DNA from: Klebsormidium nitens
Lineage: Eukaryota > Plantae > Klebsormidiophyceae
Assembly: GCA_000708835.1 (NCBI GenBank)
Contig: DF237648.1
Location: 1-42,867, forward strand
Reading direction: 5' to 3'
DNA length: 42,867 nucleotides
Shown: one piece after another, positions 1 to 10,800 of the stretch
Layout of the letters: each line of letters begins with the position of its first letter
Numbering within the stretch: position 1 is the first letter of the stretch
Notes under the pieces: generated by a model
What the model saw: the letters and a program-made list of their open reading frames with translations, nothing else
The model's database searches: none
Told to the model about the DNA's origin: nothing
Translations under genes and position numbers: made by a program

Positions 1-50
1 AAAAAAAAAGTCAAAATGGATGCTTCTCTTTTCCTTCTGGATTACCGTAC

Positions 51-295
51 TTGCATATTACCCCCAGATTCTCCTAATATTCCTGTGGAAATCGAAGCTG
101 GTGTATGCTGTAACACGAATCTGTAGGAGTCAATGAGACGATGCATCGCTTCGACGGAGAAACCCAAATCCAGGAATTTATCTTGATAACAAGTAACAGT
201 GCCAGTGGGGTTGGCGATTTTGGTCAATGAGGTCTACCTCGCCACAGCACAGCTGCCTTGGCATTGGCACGGCATTGAAACTTGGACGGACCCAT
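51..295 (-). CDS. Possible 5' part of a minus-strand gene running off the left edge (organelle-targeted; weak mTERF-repeat-like exon)
   Basis: Putative exon ending at 238 (donor GTAGAC, phase 1; ...FQCRANAKAAVLWR). It joins in frame through a 56-nt intron (weak AAG acceptor) to exon 181-51 (DKFLDLGFSVEAMHRLIDSYRFVLQ...GNMQ, donor GTACGG). The start could be ATG 295 or ATG 388. The mTERF resemblance (FLxLGFS..hxxhIxxY..hL) is by eye only. Confidence 0.3.
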
Positions 296-386
296 TGCAA
301 ATCTAGAAGGTGGCGCTGGCCTCTGGCATTGACTTGGGAGTTTTGCAACGTTTCTGCGCGCACTTAGAGGAGAGGAGGGAGGAGGC

Positions 387-3300
387 ATGGCACGCGCACG
401 AGGGATCGTAGGAGCCGTTGTGCTTGTCCTTACTGCTGCCTTCATCGAAGGTTAGGATGCCGGAAATGAGAGCGGGATTTAGGACCTTTGCAAGGCGCTT
501 TGGGTCCTTTGGGTCATTGAACATTGGGCAGATATGCAAGGCAGCATCTTCGCAGTCAGACAAAGTATCTGATTATCCACCCGTCCACTTCACGACCATC
601 ATGTTGTAATACGCTTTTGTCAGTCCCACCTAAGCTTCTTCATTCTTGCAGCATTTCTCTCTTGCTGTTTACCCTGATTATGGTCAGGAAGTCCGCATTG
701 TGACATCCCGAGTTAGATCGAAGGGAGAAGTAGCTACCCGCAAATTTCCAGGAAGGATATTGACTTTGCAATAAATGCATAAATGCCCTCTTGTTGCCAT
801 CACTTAGGAAAGAATGTTTGGTCAGGTGCAGACTTGGCCAGTTTCGATGAGGTCGCGCCATGTTAAAAACCGTACCGCCAAGGGAATTCGCACCATCTTT
901 GGTGTGAAAACTTAATTTCGTTCATCCTGAGGATTCACCCGGCGCCGTGAAATGGTTTTTTACATTTCACACAAGAGCTTTTTTCGATTTTTCTACACTG
1001 GAAGTCACCAAAATGACCAATGTCTTGAATATTTCATGGTTTCACCTTTTCGCACTCGGGGTCCGACTTAGTTTTCAAATTGCACACCTTCCCCAAAATA
1101 ATCATTTTTGGGTGAATCCCTTGGCGGTACGGAACCTCAAAGGAGGGCCGTAATCACCATCCTTTCTTATCCTGTCAAGTTGTACGAATTCAGAAAGGTC
1201 GCGAACACACACTTTTTCCCGTTGGTTGTCCGTTTGTGGTGCCTGAATGGTATGGGGGGAGACTCTTTCGATGGAATGGCATTATGCAATTGGGACTTGG
1301 CGCCTGATTGGGGCTGGTCCTGCGCAGGTATTGTGGGTGACCACCCCCTCCTGGTGACCAACTGTGAGGAGCTGAGGCAGGCCGTGGGCGCCGCAAGGGC
1401 ACCCACTGATGGGACGCACCCCACAGTCATCCTCACAAACAGCCTCAGCTGCAGGCAAGTGGACTCTTTGGCGGACCAAGATATTACAGCATTGAGATGG
1501 TTGAACAGAAGTTGCTTTTATCGGTGAAGAGCCAAGCGGCAGCGAGTATGCACCCTCACAACCTGATTTCACGGAGGACAGCGTGGCTAGGTTGGGCTAG
1601 TTTGACGCACTTGCCCACCAGATGTCTGAAATCAGGCATGTCGGAAAGCATCAGCAAGCCCCTCCACTGCTATGCTGATTGATCCCCCCGGTCTACGTTC
1701 AGCAACGTGCACGTTGAGTACCCGCTCACGCTGCTGGGGGGGGCGAGCTCGTCTGGAGAAGCAATCACGCTGTCGCGGCGGACTATTGACCACCCCACTC
1801 TCATCATCATCTCCAAGGACGTCACCCTGCGGAGCATACTCTTCAAGGATGCAGGAGGGGTGGTAAGGCAGGCAGAGCCCCTGGCCCGTAGATGTTGTTT
1901 CTAAGCTCTCTCGAATGCATTTTGCCAGAACACGCGGATTTGCTCAAGGTGACAGTCAGTCTGTACACTTGGTTGCATATTGTAGATTGTGAAGGCTGCG
2001 CTGTTCCTTTTTCCATGGACAGTCCCACCATGTTTTAAACAAAGAAAAGCAGTGACGCTTGAAGCTGGCCCATCAGCACTGTCTGTGTGCTCCAGCACAA
2101 AAGTCTGAGCAGAGACTTTGGGTCATCATTGAGTCAAGGCGACTTCCCTCCTGACCCGTCAAACAATGGCCACAGGGTGGTGGGGCGGTGCTGCTATCCA
2201 AGAACGCCAGCGCTGCCATCCATGACGTGACCTTCCAGAACAGCGCCTTTGGGGTGAGTGCTCCGCTATGTGCGTGATGCTTACCCTTGTTTTGGGAGGG
2301 TGCACTTGTTTCCCCAGATTTCATACAGGCCGTCTATTGACCTTTCAGCTCCACAACTCTGTCCTGTTTCCTGGAAATCTTGAAAGTCCTTTTCTGTAAT
2401 CTGGAGACTGGAGAATGGAGCTACTTACTGATACCTTGCCTAAATCGCCTTTGCTGCCAGATCTGGCCTGCGCTAACCATTGAGGGGAAGGCCGAGGTGA
2501 CGAATGTCCTCTTTGAGGACTGTCACTCCAGCGTGAGTATCGATTGCCCTGTTTTCTTCTTTGGTATGCAAACGGTAGGAAGCTACTTTGTGGGGACTTT
2601 GTGTATCTGGACGACTCGAAACTCGAGCCGGCAACATATAATAGACCTTGGAGAGACCAACTGAATTCAGGCTCAGTTCAGTGTTAGTGGCGCATTCGTG
2701 TCCTGTTCCAAATGACGCCTTTATTCAACCAGACGTTTTGGCAACTTGAGACACTGCTTTCCCTGAGCCCAGCGATCCACTCTGCGGAAGTGTCGCTTCA
2801 CTGAGTTTGGAGTTCGATAACACCTGTAACGTGCAATATCCTGCCCGTTCGAGATTCGACATGTAAGCAGTCGTCGACGCTCTTTAGAAAACATATCTAG
2901 CCGAAACAGAAGCACAGAACGATCAAGCAAAGTTGCGGTAGATGAATAACGAAGACTAAATACTAGGATGTACCCACCTCAATCACTGTCCAGGTTTCAG
3001 TGTATCACCCTTTCCCTGACGCCCGTCCTCTCTTTGTGATGCAGGGCGCGGGGGGCGGAGCAGCAGTGCGTTCTTCGGGGTACGCCCGCTTCAAGGACTG
3101 CACCTTCGCCAGGAGCGCCGCCAATGTGAGAGGCACGCGTTGAATATTACGATCAGATCTTGCAAAGTACGCCAGCTTCCAGCACTTGGATTTAGCGATG
3201 TGGCGGGTCTCAACGCAAATCTGCAGTATAAATGCCATGTACTTATGTTGGAGCTTCTCTCTGAATTGGCTGGGCTAGACTTTCCAACTAGATTCCCTCC

Positions 3301-6258
3301 TTGTATACCGCACGCTCAATGCACTTCTTTCGCCAAGGCTCCTGTTTGAACACGGAGACTTCTTACCATCACTCGCAGCTCAGGAGGGGGAGGTCCCAGT
3401 ATCAGCTGCATGTGATCAGAGACCACACTAATGCTTCAAAGTTTCGTGCAAGCAACCATCAGCACAGCAATGTACATCCTCATTCTGTCAGCCTGTCATG
3501 TGCTGACGTGGCGCGTCGTGCAGATGGGAGCTGGGGTGGCCGTGGACGGGTTGGCGCATTTCTGCTCGACGTCCTTCGACGAGAACAAGGCCAAAGTGAG
3601 GCCAGCCGCCAGCTCCCAGGAGTTTCGTCCATACGGGGATGCTGTCCTTCGCAGCGCCCAGCTCCTTGTCAATGAAGTTCTCGGCCTGTTTGTTGCTGTC
3701 GCGCTCCGTTCCTCGAAGCAATAGCCGTGCATTTGGCTGCGTACTAATCAGCTGTCGTGTTGGTCGCAGCATGGCGCGAACGTGTGGGTGCGCGGCGACG
3801 AGCATGACGCAGGGGCCAAAGCATCCTTCTGCTCGGACGCGGCAGGGAGAGGGGCCAGAGCTGCCCCGCTCTTTGGGGGGGCGTCAATTGCGGTGAGGGC
3901 ACCAACAGCCGTGGACTTGTTCTTTGCGTCCAGCGTTGTTTTCACATGTACATCTCGACAATGTAATCGGAAGGTCGATTTGTGCGACGACTCTCTTCGG
4001 CTTGCCTGATGTCGCTTCTGCTGCGGACACACAAGGACAAATTCGATTCCCTGGTGGCCAGCCTGACGTGTGTGCCCCACTGTCCAGGGCGTCGAGAGCG
4101 AGTCGGAGCGGGGCCACATCACACGAGGTGCGCAGGACTGCCTTTTCAGTCACCGCAGCATCGGTTGCCTCTCTCAAAATTGCCGGTTCGAAATAGCAGG
4201 ATCTGCCACTTGTTTGGTTGTTCTTCCAGCGGACAGTTCCCTGGCTGTCACCAGCCCGCCTTTTATGATGTCATGCAGCTTCGCCGTATCAATCATTGTC
4301 AATGACCTGTTGACGGCTTGCAATCTTTCCACAGATTCGTGCGACGCGTGCGCGGAGCCGTTCGTGAAGAGCTTGGCGCTGTTCGAGAGCCGGCGGCGCG
4401 CGCGGGTGCCGCTGCTGGCGTTCCTGAGCCAGGCGCACCTGACGGACCACGAGCTGGGCCGCAAGGCCATCCGGCCCGAGGACGACGCCATCTCAGCACT
4501 GGAGTGCGGGCCAGGCAGCTTTGCGCTCGACGGGGTGTGCGAGCCAGGTGCGAATTTTCAGGTTTTGGGGTTATGGGGATTTGGTTTAAAGGGTTTTTGG
4601 CAGCGCAGAACACCTGGTGTGCCTGGAAGAACCAAGCGCTTTTGTGGTAGAACTCATTCGGGGCGGGGGCTGGAGGAAGGTCGATGAGTGCGCGCTTCTG
4701 CAGCAACAAGGTGGCGCTGAGCATGTTCCCAATTTCTAGCAGATGTGTCCGCTTTGCGATGTTCACGTCATCTCGGTTGTGTCTGGTGTAGGAGTGAAGT
4801 TTACTATCAAAGCGTCGCCTGCTCGAGTGCCGTAAACCAGATTGAAAATCTGCAGCCGAATGAGCTGGCGCTTCCTTCAAGGCCTGCTTGTCCCCTAATA
4901 ACCTCCGCTCTCCTCGTTTGTCGCAGACTGCCTGCCCCAGACCGTGACGGAGAGCGAGGACACGTGGCGTCTTCTGGACCTGGCGGGCGGCGCGCAGCCG
5001 TCGTACACCGTCCGCTTCGAGAACACGTGCGGCAAGACGCTCGAGGCGATTGCGTTTGACTGCGACGGCTTCCCGGGCACCGCCTGGGGCCTCGAGCGCC
5101 ACGGCCGCTTCTGCGTCCTCACCGGCCACGACGACGTCCTAGCAGGTGCCACATGGCCACGACTCCGTGCTTCCACGTCTCAGCCGTCCATGTTTGTGCG
5201 GTCCTGCAGGCGTTTGCTGTGTATCTTCGTCCTTATGAAGCCCAGCAGCACATTGGATTGGATTATTCCTCGCCCTGTCTTGATCCCTCGCCTCGTTCTT
5301 TCTCTCTGTTGAGCCGCCCCGGTTTGCTTCGTTCGTACTGTCCCCTTCAGCGTCTCTTCTACCTCACAGCCACATTGCAGGAAGAGTCCAGGTATCCGGC
5401 CTGGACGCCGTTCTTTCCCCAGGTCGCGCCGATACTTACCAGCTTTTTGAAGATAGGACACAGCTGTACTCTGAATGTGGGCCGCATTCAGCAGAGGCGC
5501 ACTTCTTAGCAGTTTCAACCATATTGCTGCTATTCTCGTTCCTGTGGGCATATGTGGCTTTACCTGCGAAGCACATTACCACAACATAACTCACAGTATT
5601 CACTGCACTTACTGCACACATCCCCACCGCCCCACTCACCCACACGCTCACGGGCCCCGGTTGCTTGCCCCGGCCTCCAGGTCACACTCACGAGTTCCAC
5701 TACACTTCCGCTGCCCCCTTCACGTTCCGCCCGCACAGCGCCCACACGCAGCACTCGACGCTCGTCAAGAGCGGCCGCGACGGCATCGAGGTGGTCAGCC
5801 GGGTGATCCAGACCTGGCGCAAGGCCGACTCGCAAGAGCTGCTGTCGCGGGTCGAGGTGACGGTGAACAATTTGTCGGGGGAGAAGGTCTCGCAAGTGGC
5901 ACTCGACTGCCACGCGTTCGAGCCCGAGTGGTCGATCGACGTAGATAGGAAGGACGGGCGGTGCTTGGTACCGCGCGTGTTGAACCATAACGAGACGCAC
6001 CGCTTTGAATACATCACGGAGGGGGTACGTGCGCATGACGTCAGCATTGCGGAGGTGCGGGGCTCGTACGGGGAGGTTGTGAAGGGGGCGGGCGTGGCGG
6101 GGGGCATGTACACCACGGTCGGGGCCATGTGCATGCTCGTGCTCGTGGCGAGCGCGTCTGTTGGCTGGTATGCGTTTGGGCCCAACAAGGACCGGAGGGC
6201 CGAGGTCTACACACGGATCCTGACACGGGAGAAGACTTTCAAGTTGGCCCAGACATAA
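387..6258 (+). CDS. ~608-aa secreted/type I membrane protein: signal peptide + GGA/FxxN beta-helix-like region + 2 x CBM49-like domains + TM helix + short tail
   Basis: 12 phase-consistent exons: 387-450, 1328-1454 (GC donor), 1703-1862, 2176-2253, 2461-2532, 3045-3125, 3524-3595, 3770-3892, 4088-4127, 4335-4547, 4927-5145, 5681-6258 (1827 nt). N-terminus is MARARGIVGAVVLVLTAAFIEG. Repeats: GGGAVLL..VTFQNS, GGGAAV..FKDCTFARS, GAGVAV..SFDENKA. The modules YTVRFENTCGKTLEAIAFDCDGFPGTAWGLERHG..HTHEFHYTS and VEVTVNNLSGEKVSQVALDCHAFEPEWSI..ETHRFEYIT match the plant GH9C CBM49 pattern (vTNksGKtlknlkl....gplWGL....leFvYi). TM: TVGAMCMLVLVASASVGWYAF. Confidence 0.8.
870..1132. mobile_element. MITE-like insertion (~263 bp) in intron 1 of the CBM49-like gene
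   Basis: Perfect 16-bp terminal inverted repeat CCGTACCGCCAAGGGA (870-885) / TCCCTTGGCGGTACGG (1117-1132), plus an internal copy GGATTCACCC (931-940) that is the reverse complement of 1110-1119. The interior is AT-rich and non-coding. No clear TSD. Confidence 0.6.
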
Positions 6259-7869
6259 CGGATGTCAATGTGGAACGAATGGATTCCAGAGCGCTAACAA
6301 CCTTCTGAAGTAAGGGTAGTAAGGCCCACACGACGGCTCGCTGGACATGCGGTGCGGCTTGACTGTCCATTGGAAAAAGGTAGCTGCGTCTAAGTTTTGG
6401 ACCCGAGGTAGTACAAACGTATCTCTGGCAGGCGTCATGGATCATTCAAGAAAGCAACCATGCACGACGAATTTCAAACTCGGCCATCATTCATACCTAT
6501 GAATTTCACTGAGCAAGTCCTTTTTCGAGCCCATGCGCTGGCACATGATGAATCGAGGCTTTACTATATATTGTGTACGTCGTTGCTGGCGGCGGCTATC
6601 GAGGGAGTCGGCCTCAGCAACGTGGTGATGAACGCCATATTGCCGACCTGACCTACAACCGCTTCCGCAAGGGCAAGGACAAGGAGTAGTCACCTAGTCG
6701 GAGCGCTCAGATGTATCGGGCCAACTCGGATGTAATAATTCGGACGTGAGTCCGGGTACTAAGCGTAGTCTCGTAGTCTCATTCGAGTCCGTTGCATACA
6801 AACATTATGTGCTCCGCACAACGCCATGATCGATTGGCACACCATAATGATTGAATTGCTGAAGCATAGATTATAACTTACAAGCGATTATATAGAGTCG
6901 ACATGTAGCATATAAGGGTTTGCATATCTTGCTGGACCGTCATGTCTTGTATAGCCGTAGCAAGTGCAGCGGAATCGAAAAAAACAGGTTCCCGGCCGCA
7001 CCGGAGACCGTCCGCGCGTGCTCCACGGCCATGGCGGCCGCCTATAAGGGCGTCAATAATTGGAAGTTACCGTCCATCGTTATCGTCGCTTCCGACACTG
7101 TTTTGCTGATGATAATCTATATATAATTATCATTCGTTGGTCGTCGGGATCTTGGCAATAGGCCAATCAATATATCAAGTCCAGCTATAGCTAATTCCTG
7201 CTTGCTAGACATGCATGGATTTTCGCGCGGCTGGCCGCCCGCGGCTGCACGTCCCTACAGTCGCCATGCCGTGCATGTGTACGTGCCAGTGGCCTCACAT
7301 AAGGGCGGCTGCACATGGCGCGATGTTCCATTGAAGCTATAGCCGATCGAGCGCATCGCGATCTATATAAAATGCCTACATTGCATTCATAGCGCAATTA
7401 ATCATGCTCGCGCATGTGTGGTCTTTTGCATTATCGTCAATATTACCGGTTGCTGCACACTTCACAATGATGTACTTCGACCTTTCGATATCTTTAATTG
7501 GTATATATCAGCATGATCCCTATTGTAAGTAATTTGACAATACATTCAGGCTCTGTTTGATAATGACAAACGTATGTTGCGTTCAGTAATAAGATAATGC
7601 GCATGAACCTTTGCAGATTGCCGCAGATCAATCGACATGTGCTAGTCCCCACGGGGCAACAGGCGGCCGCCTTTATGCGATCTCCAGGTGTCCGACTAGC
7701 TCAACTTGGTCAAAGCTTTCCGACTGGGCGGCTTGACAGTGATGTCGTTGTGGTCTCACTCATGCACTGGTGGCGATGCTCATCAAACTCAATCAGCGCT
7801 CAGCTATACTATACAAGCAGACAGATTATAAACAGACTAGGTACTTGTACAAGATTACTATACTAGTGG

Positions 7870-10800
7870 TCATTTACAGGCCCAGTGCACCTTTTCTGGT
7901 GCAAGCTGATCAAAACTGGGGCTCGCGACCTGCTCACCACTCCTGTCGAGATTGGCCGCAGCTTTCTCCGCCGGACTCGACGTTTCCGGTATGAACACGA
8001 AGGCGCCCGTGAGTGCCCCGGCAGGTTTCCGCTGGACTGTCCCGTCAGGCCGCATCTCGAGGAACGAGGCGGTGGCGGCGATCTTCGTTACCGGAAGGGT
8101 CAACGCAAATTCGGCTAGCTTTGTGCGCGCAAACTCGCGGCGGCGGGAGTCGGCCAGCTCAGTGTACCTGAAACGAAGAAGAAAAGTTCCTTTCTTAGGC
8201 TGAAGTTAGAATGGAATGTTGGGCCGCAAAAGCGGTGTTGCCGATTGAAAACGCGCGTGTTGTCTTGGTAGGAGCCGCCCGGCCGGAGCGAAAAGGTAGT
8301 CTGGGTGCGAATGCTGCGCCCGGGACATTTGCATTAACAACTACGAGGACCGGTTGCTGGAGCAATCAATAGGCTTCTGTTTCGGATCTGCGGAGCCTAG
8401 CCCCATACGAGATCGAGCACGCACTTTCACAGCATGTCTGATACCTTTCAGGGCACGTGCACTTCCATTACATACTTAGGTGTACTGAACTTGGGAACAA
8501 GTGGAACCAAAGATAAGGACGAAAGGCGACAGGGTGTTACCGAGAAGATGTCCACACTTGCTTCAGGTACACTCAGCTTGACAGCGTAAAGCCTCAGGGC
8601 TTGCTAGAGGATTCTTCGTTGACCTCCGAATGAACAACACGGCTCGAGACAGGTTCCACACGCAGTTGCGACGGTCAAGTGAAGTACATTTCATCGAATT
8701 CATCTTATTCGTTTCCTAGTCGAAGGACAACATAACCGCAAGCAACGACGGGCTCACTGGAAGAACGGCTCGTTAGGCTCCTCGGTCAACCGCGCGCTGA
8801 CCGCCGCCAGGTACGCGTCGACCCGCTGTTGGAAGGCAGCTGCATAGTCCGCCTCAGGAATCGCCCAGTTGGCCGCAAACTCGGCCTCCGCGCTGTCTTC
8901 CGGGGCGCCCTTAGCGGCGGCGACAATGGCGGGGGCGAGGAGCGCCTCCAGGTCGCTGCTGCGCGTTGCGGCAGAGTACTGGATCTCGTCGGGCGCGTAC
9001 TGCAAGTCGAGCGCAGACAGTCGGAAACAGACGCATTTTGTTGGTGAAATGTTTCAATTTTCGGTGAGCCGACTCAGAAGGGCCAGACCAACGTATGGCA
9101 CGGAGTCCTTGGCTTCAGCTGCTAAGCAGCAGGTTCAGAAGCGCCGAAGCAGGCAGAGGTGAGTGTCGATCCTTTCCAAAGTCTTCAACGTCCGCAAGCG
9201 CGACTATGTATGCGGGGATGGATCCTCTCAGTTTGCAGCTGTACGGTCAAGAACTGGGGAAACTTGTATTTAGTTCACATTCACGGATTGAAATTGTTTG
9301 TCAGCAACTGGTAGTAGTCAGCCATCACTGTGCCGGTACCTGTTGAACACTGTCACTTCATCTCACGGGTTAACGAAAGCGACCGCCTAAAGCGCGTTGT
9401 TGGGAGGCAAATCCGAGTTGCCTTGAGCGCATTTCAAGAGGAGCTGTGGACGTTCTGGAACGCCGAGTCGTTGGGATGGCGCGCGCGCTTGCCAGCTTAA
9501 CCGTAGTACTTCTTGATTGACCCGGATCGAGGCGGTGCCAATCAGAAGACATGCCGTACCGTTTGTGAAACCTCGACTTGTTCTGTTGAGTATCGCCTGG
9601 AAAGAATAAGTGATGAGGACGGCAAAAAAGATGTCAAAAGATATCAAGGCCCGCTCACTTGGGCGAGCCTCCGCCGGTGGTCCGAGTACACCGGGTTGGC
9701 CAAGTCCACCATCATGAGGCACGCCGCCAGGCGCTTGGTCACTATGCCCCGGTCAATCAGCTGCTGGAGGAGCACGACGTCCTCCTTGGCGGGTGCCGGC
9801 ACGAAGAACGCGAAGAACGTGTCGCCCTTCTGCGCGAACGCGCCCGCCTGCAGCCGGAAGTCGTACCTGCTAGGCAAAAAAACCGGGTTATGAGATATGG
9901 GTAGACCCGCGGTTAGCGGTTTCCCTTAGGGCTGTGTACCCAAACGTCATGCGGGCTGACGGCAATTGCTCAGAGGACGCTTTGTCGATAGTCCAACATA
10001 TGCTGTACTAGCACCAAAACACGTGGAAAGAATTGTTATCATCTAGGATCGTCGGAGCTCTCTGACCTCGTGCTATGCCGAGGGCAGTTCTAGGGAGCTC
10101 TCCAGGCTGTGAGGAAATCCAGTGGTCAAAGGTCAAGAATCTGTCGCAGACACCAATCTACCGCTTCCGTGAATCTGTACAAAGTCTGCCGAAGCGCTTT
10201 TCAGTTTTGAGGACCCTTGCACGGCTTGAAGGTACGCCGCCTGTGAAGCGGTAACAAGTGTCAATGGCTTCTCTTACGTCAAGGCAAAGGCAATAGCGGG
10301 TCGCCCGTGGCAACATTTTGAAAGCGCAGAAGCGCTTTGGTGAAGCGCTCACTCCGTAAGGCTGTCCTGATACTTTTGGTACGACACCCGCAGCTTCGAA
10401 GTGTCCCCCGCCACTATTCCCGCCGCCGATAGGGACTCGATGTCTAGAAAGAAGCCGGGAGGCAGGTCGTATTCGTTCTTCGTGAACCGCTGCTTGCTGC
10501 GCTCGGCGCTGCTTACGAAGTTGACTGTGGCGGTGGCAAGGATCTGCACACGTGGCAGATGAGCATCGAGTTGGTGTCATTTAGCTCTCAACGTCTGACG
10601 TTAGTGAATGACTTACGTCCAAGTCTGCTTCGACGCGACGTAACCAAGCCTGCTCTTTCGAGTTTCTCCCGAAGCACCGAAAGGAAATTGCAGTCGCCAG
10701 AGCACGAATCTGCGCATAAGGCGGATACACTGGAGTCGGCGGTGGTCAATCCGAGTTTGCCAGATGCCTATTAATGAGAATAGGAGTTGTTGACGACTGT

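Noticed and set aside
4299-5129. 276-aa minus-strand ORF within the CBM49-like gene
   Set aside because: Spans plus-strand exons and an intron; typical stop-poor antisense frame.
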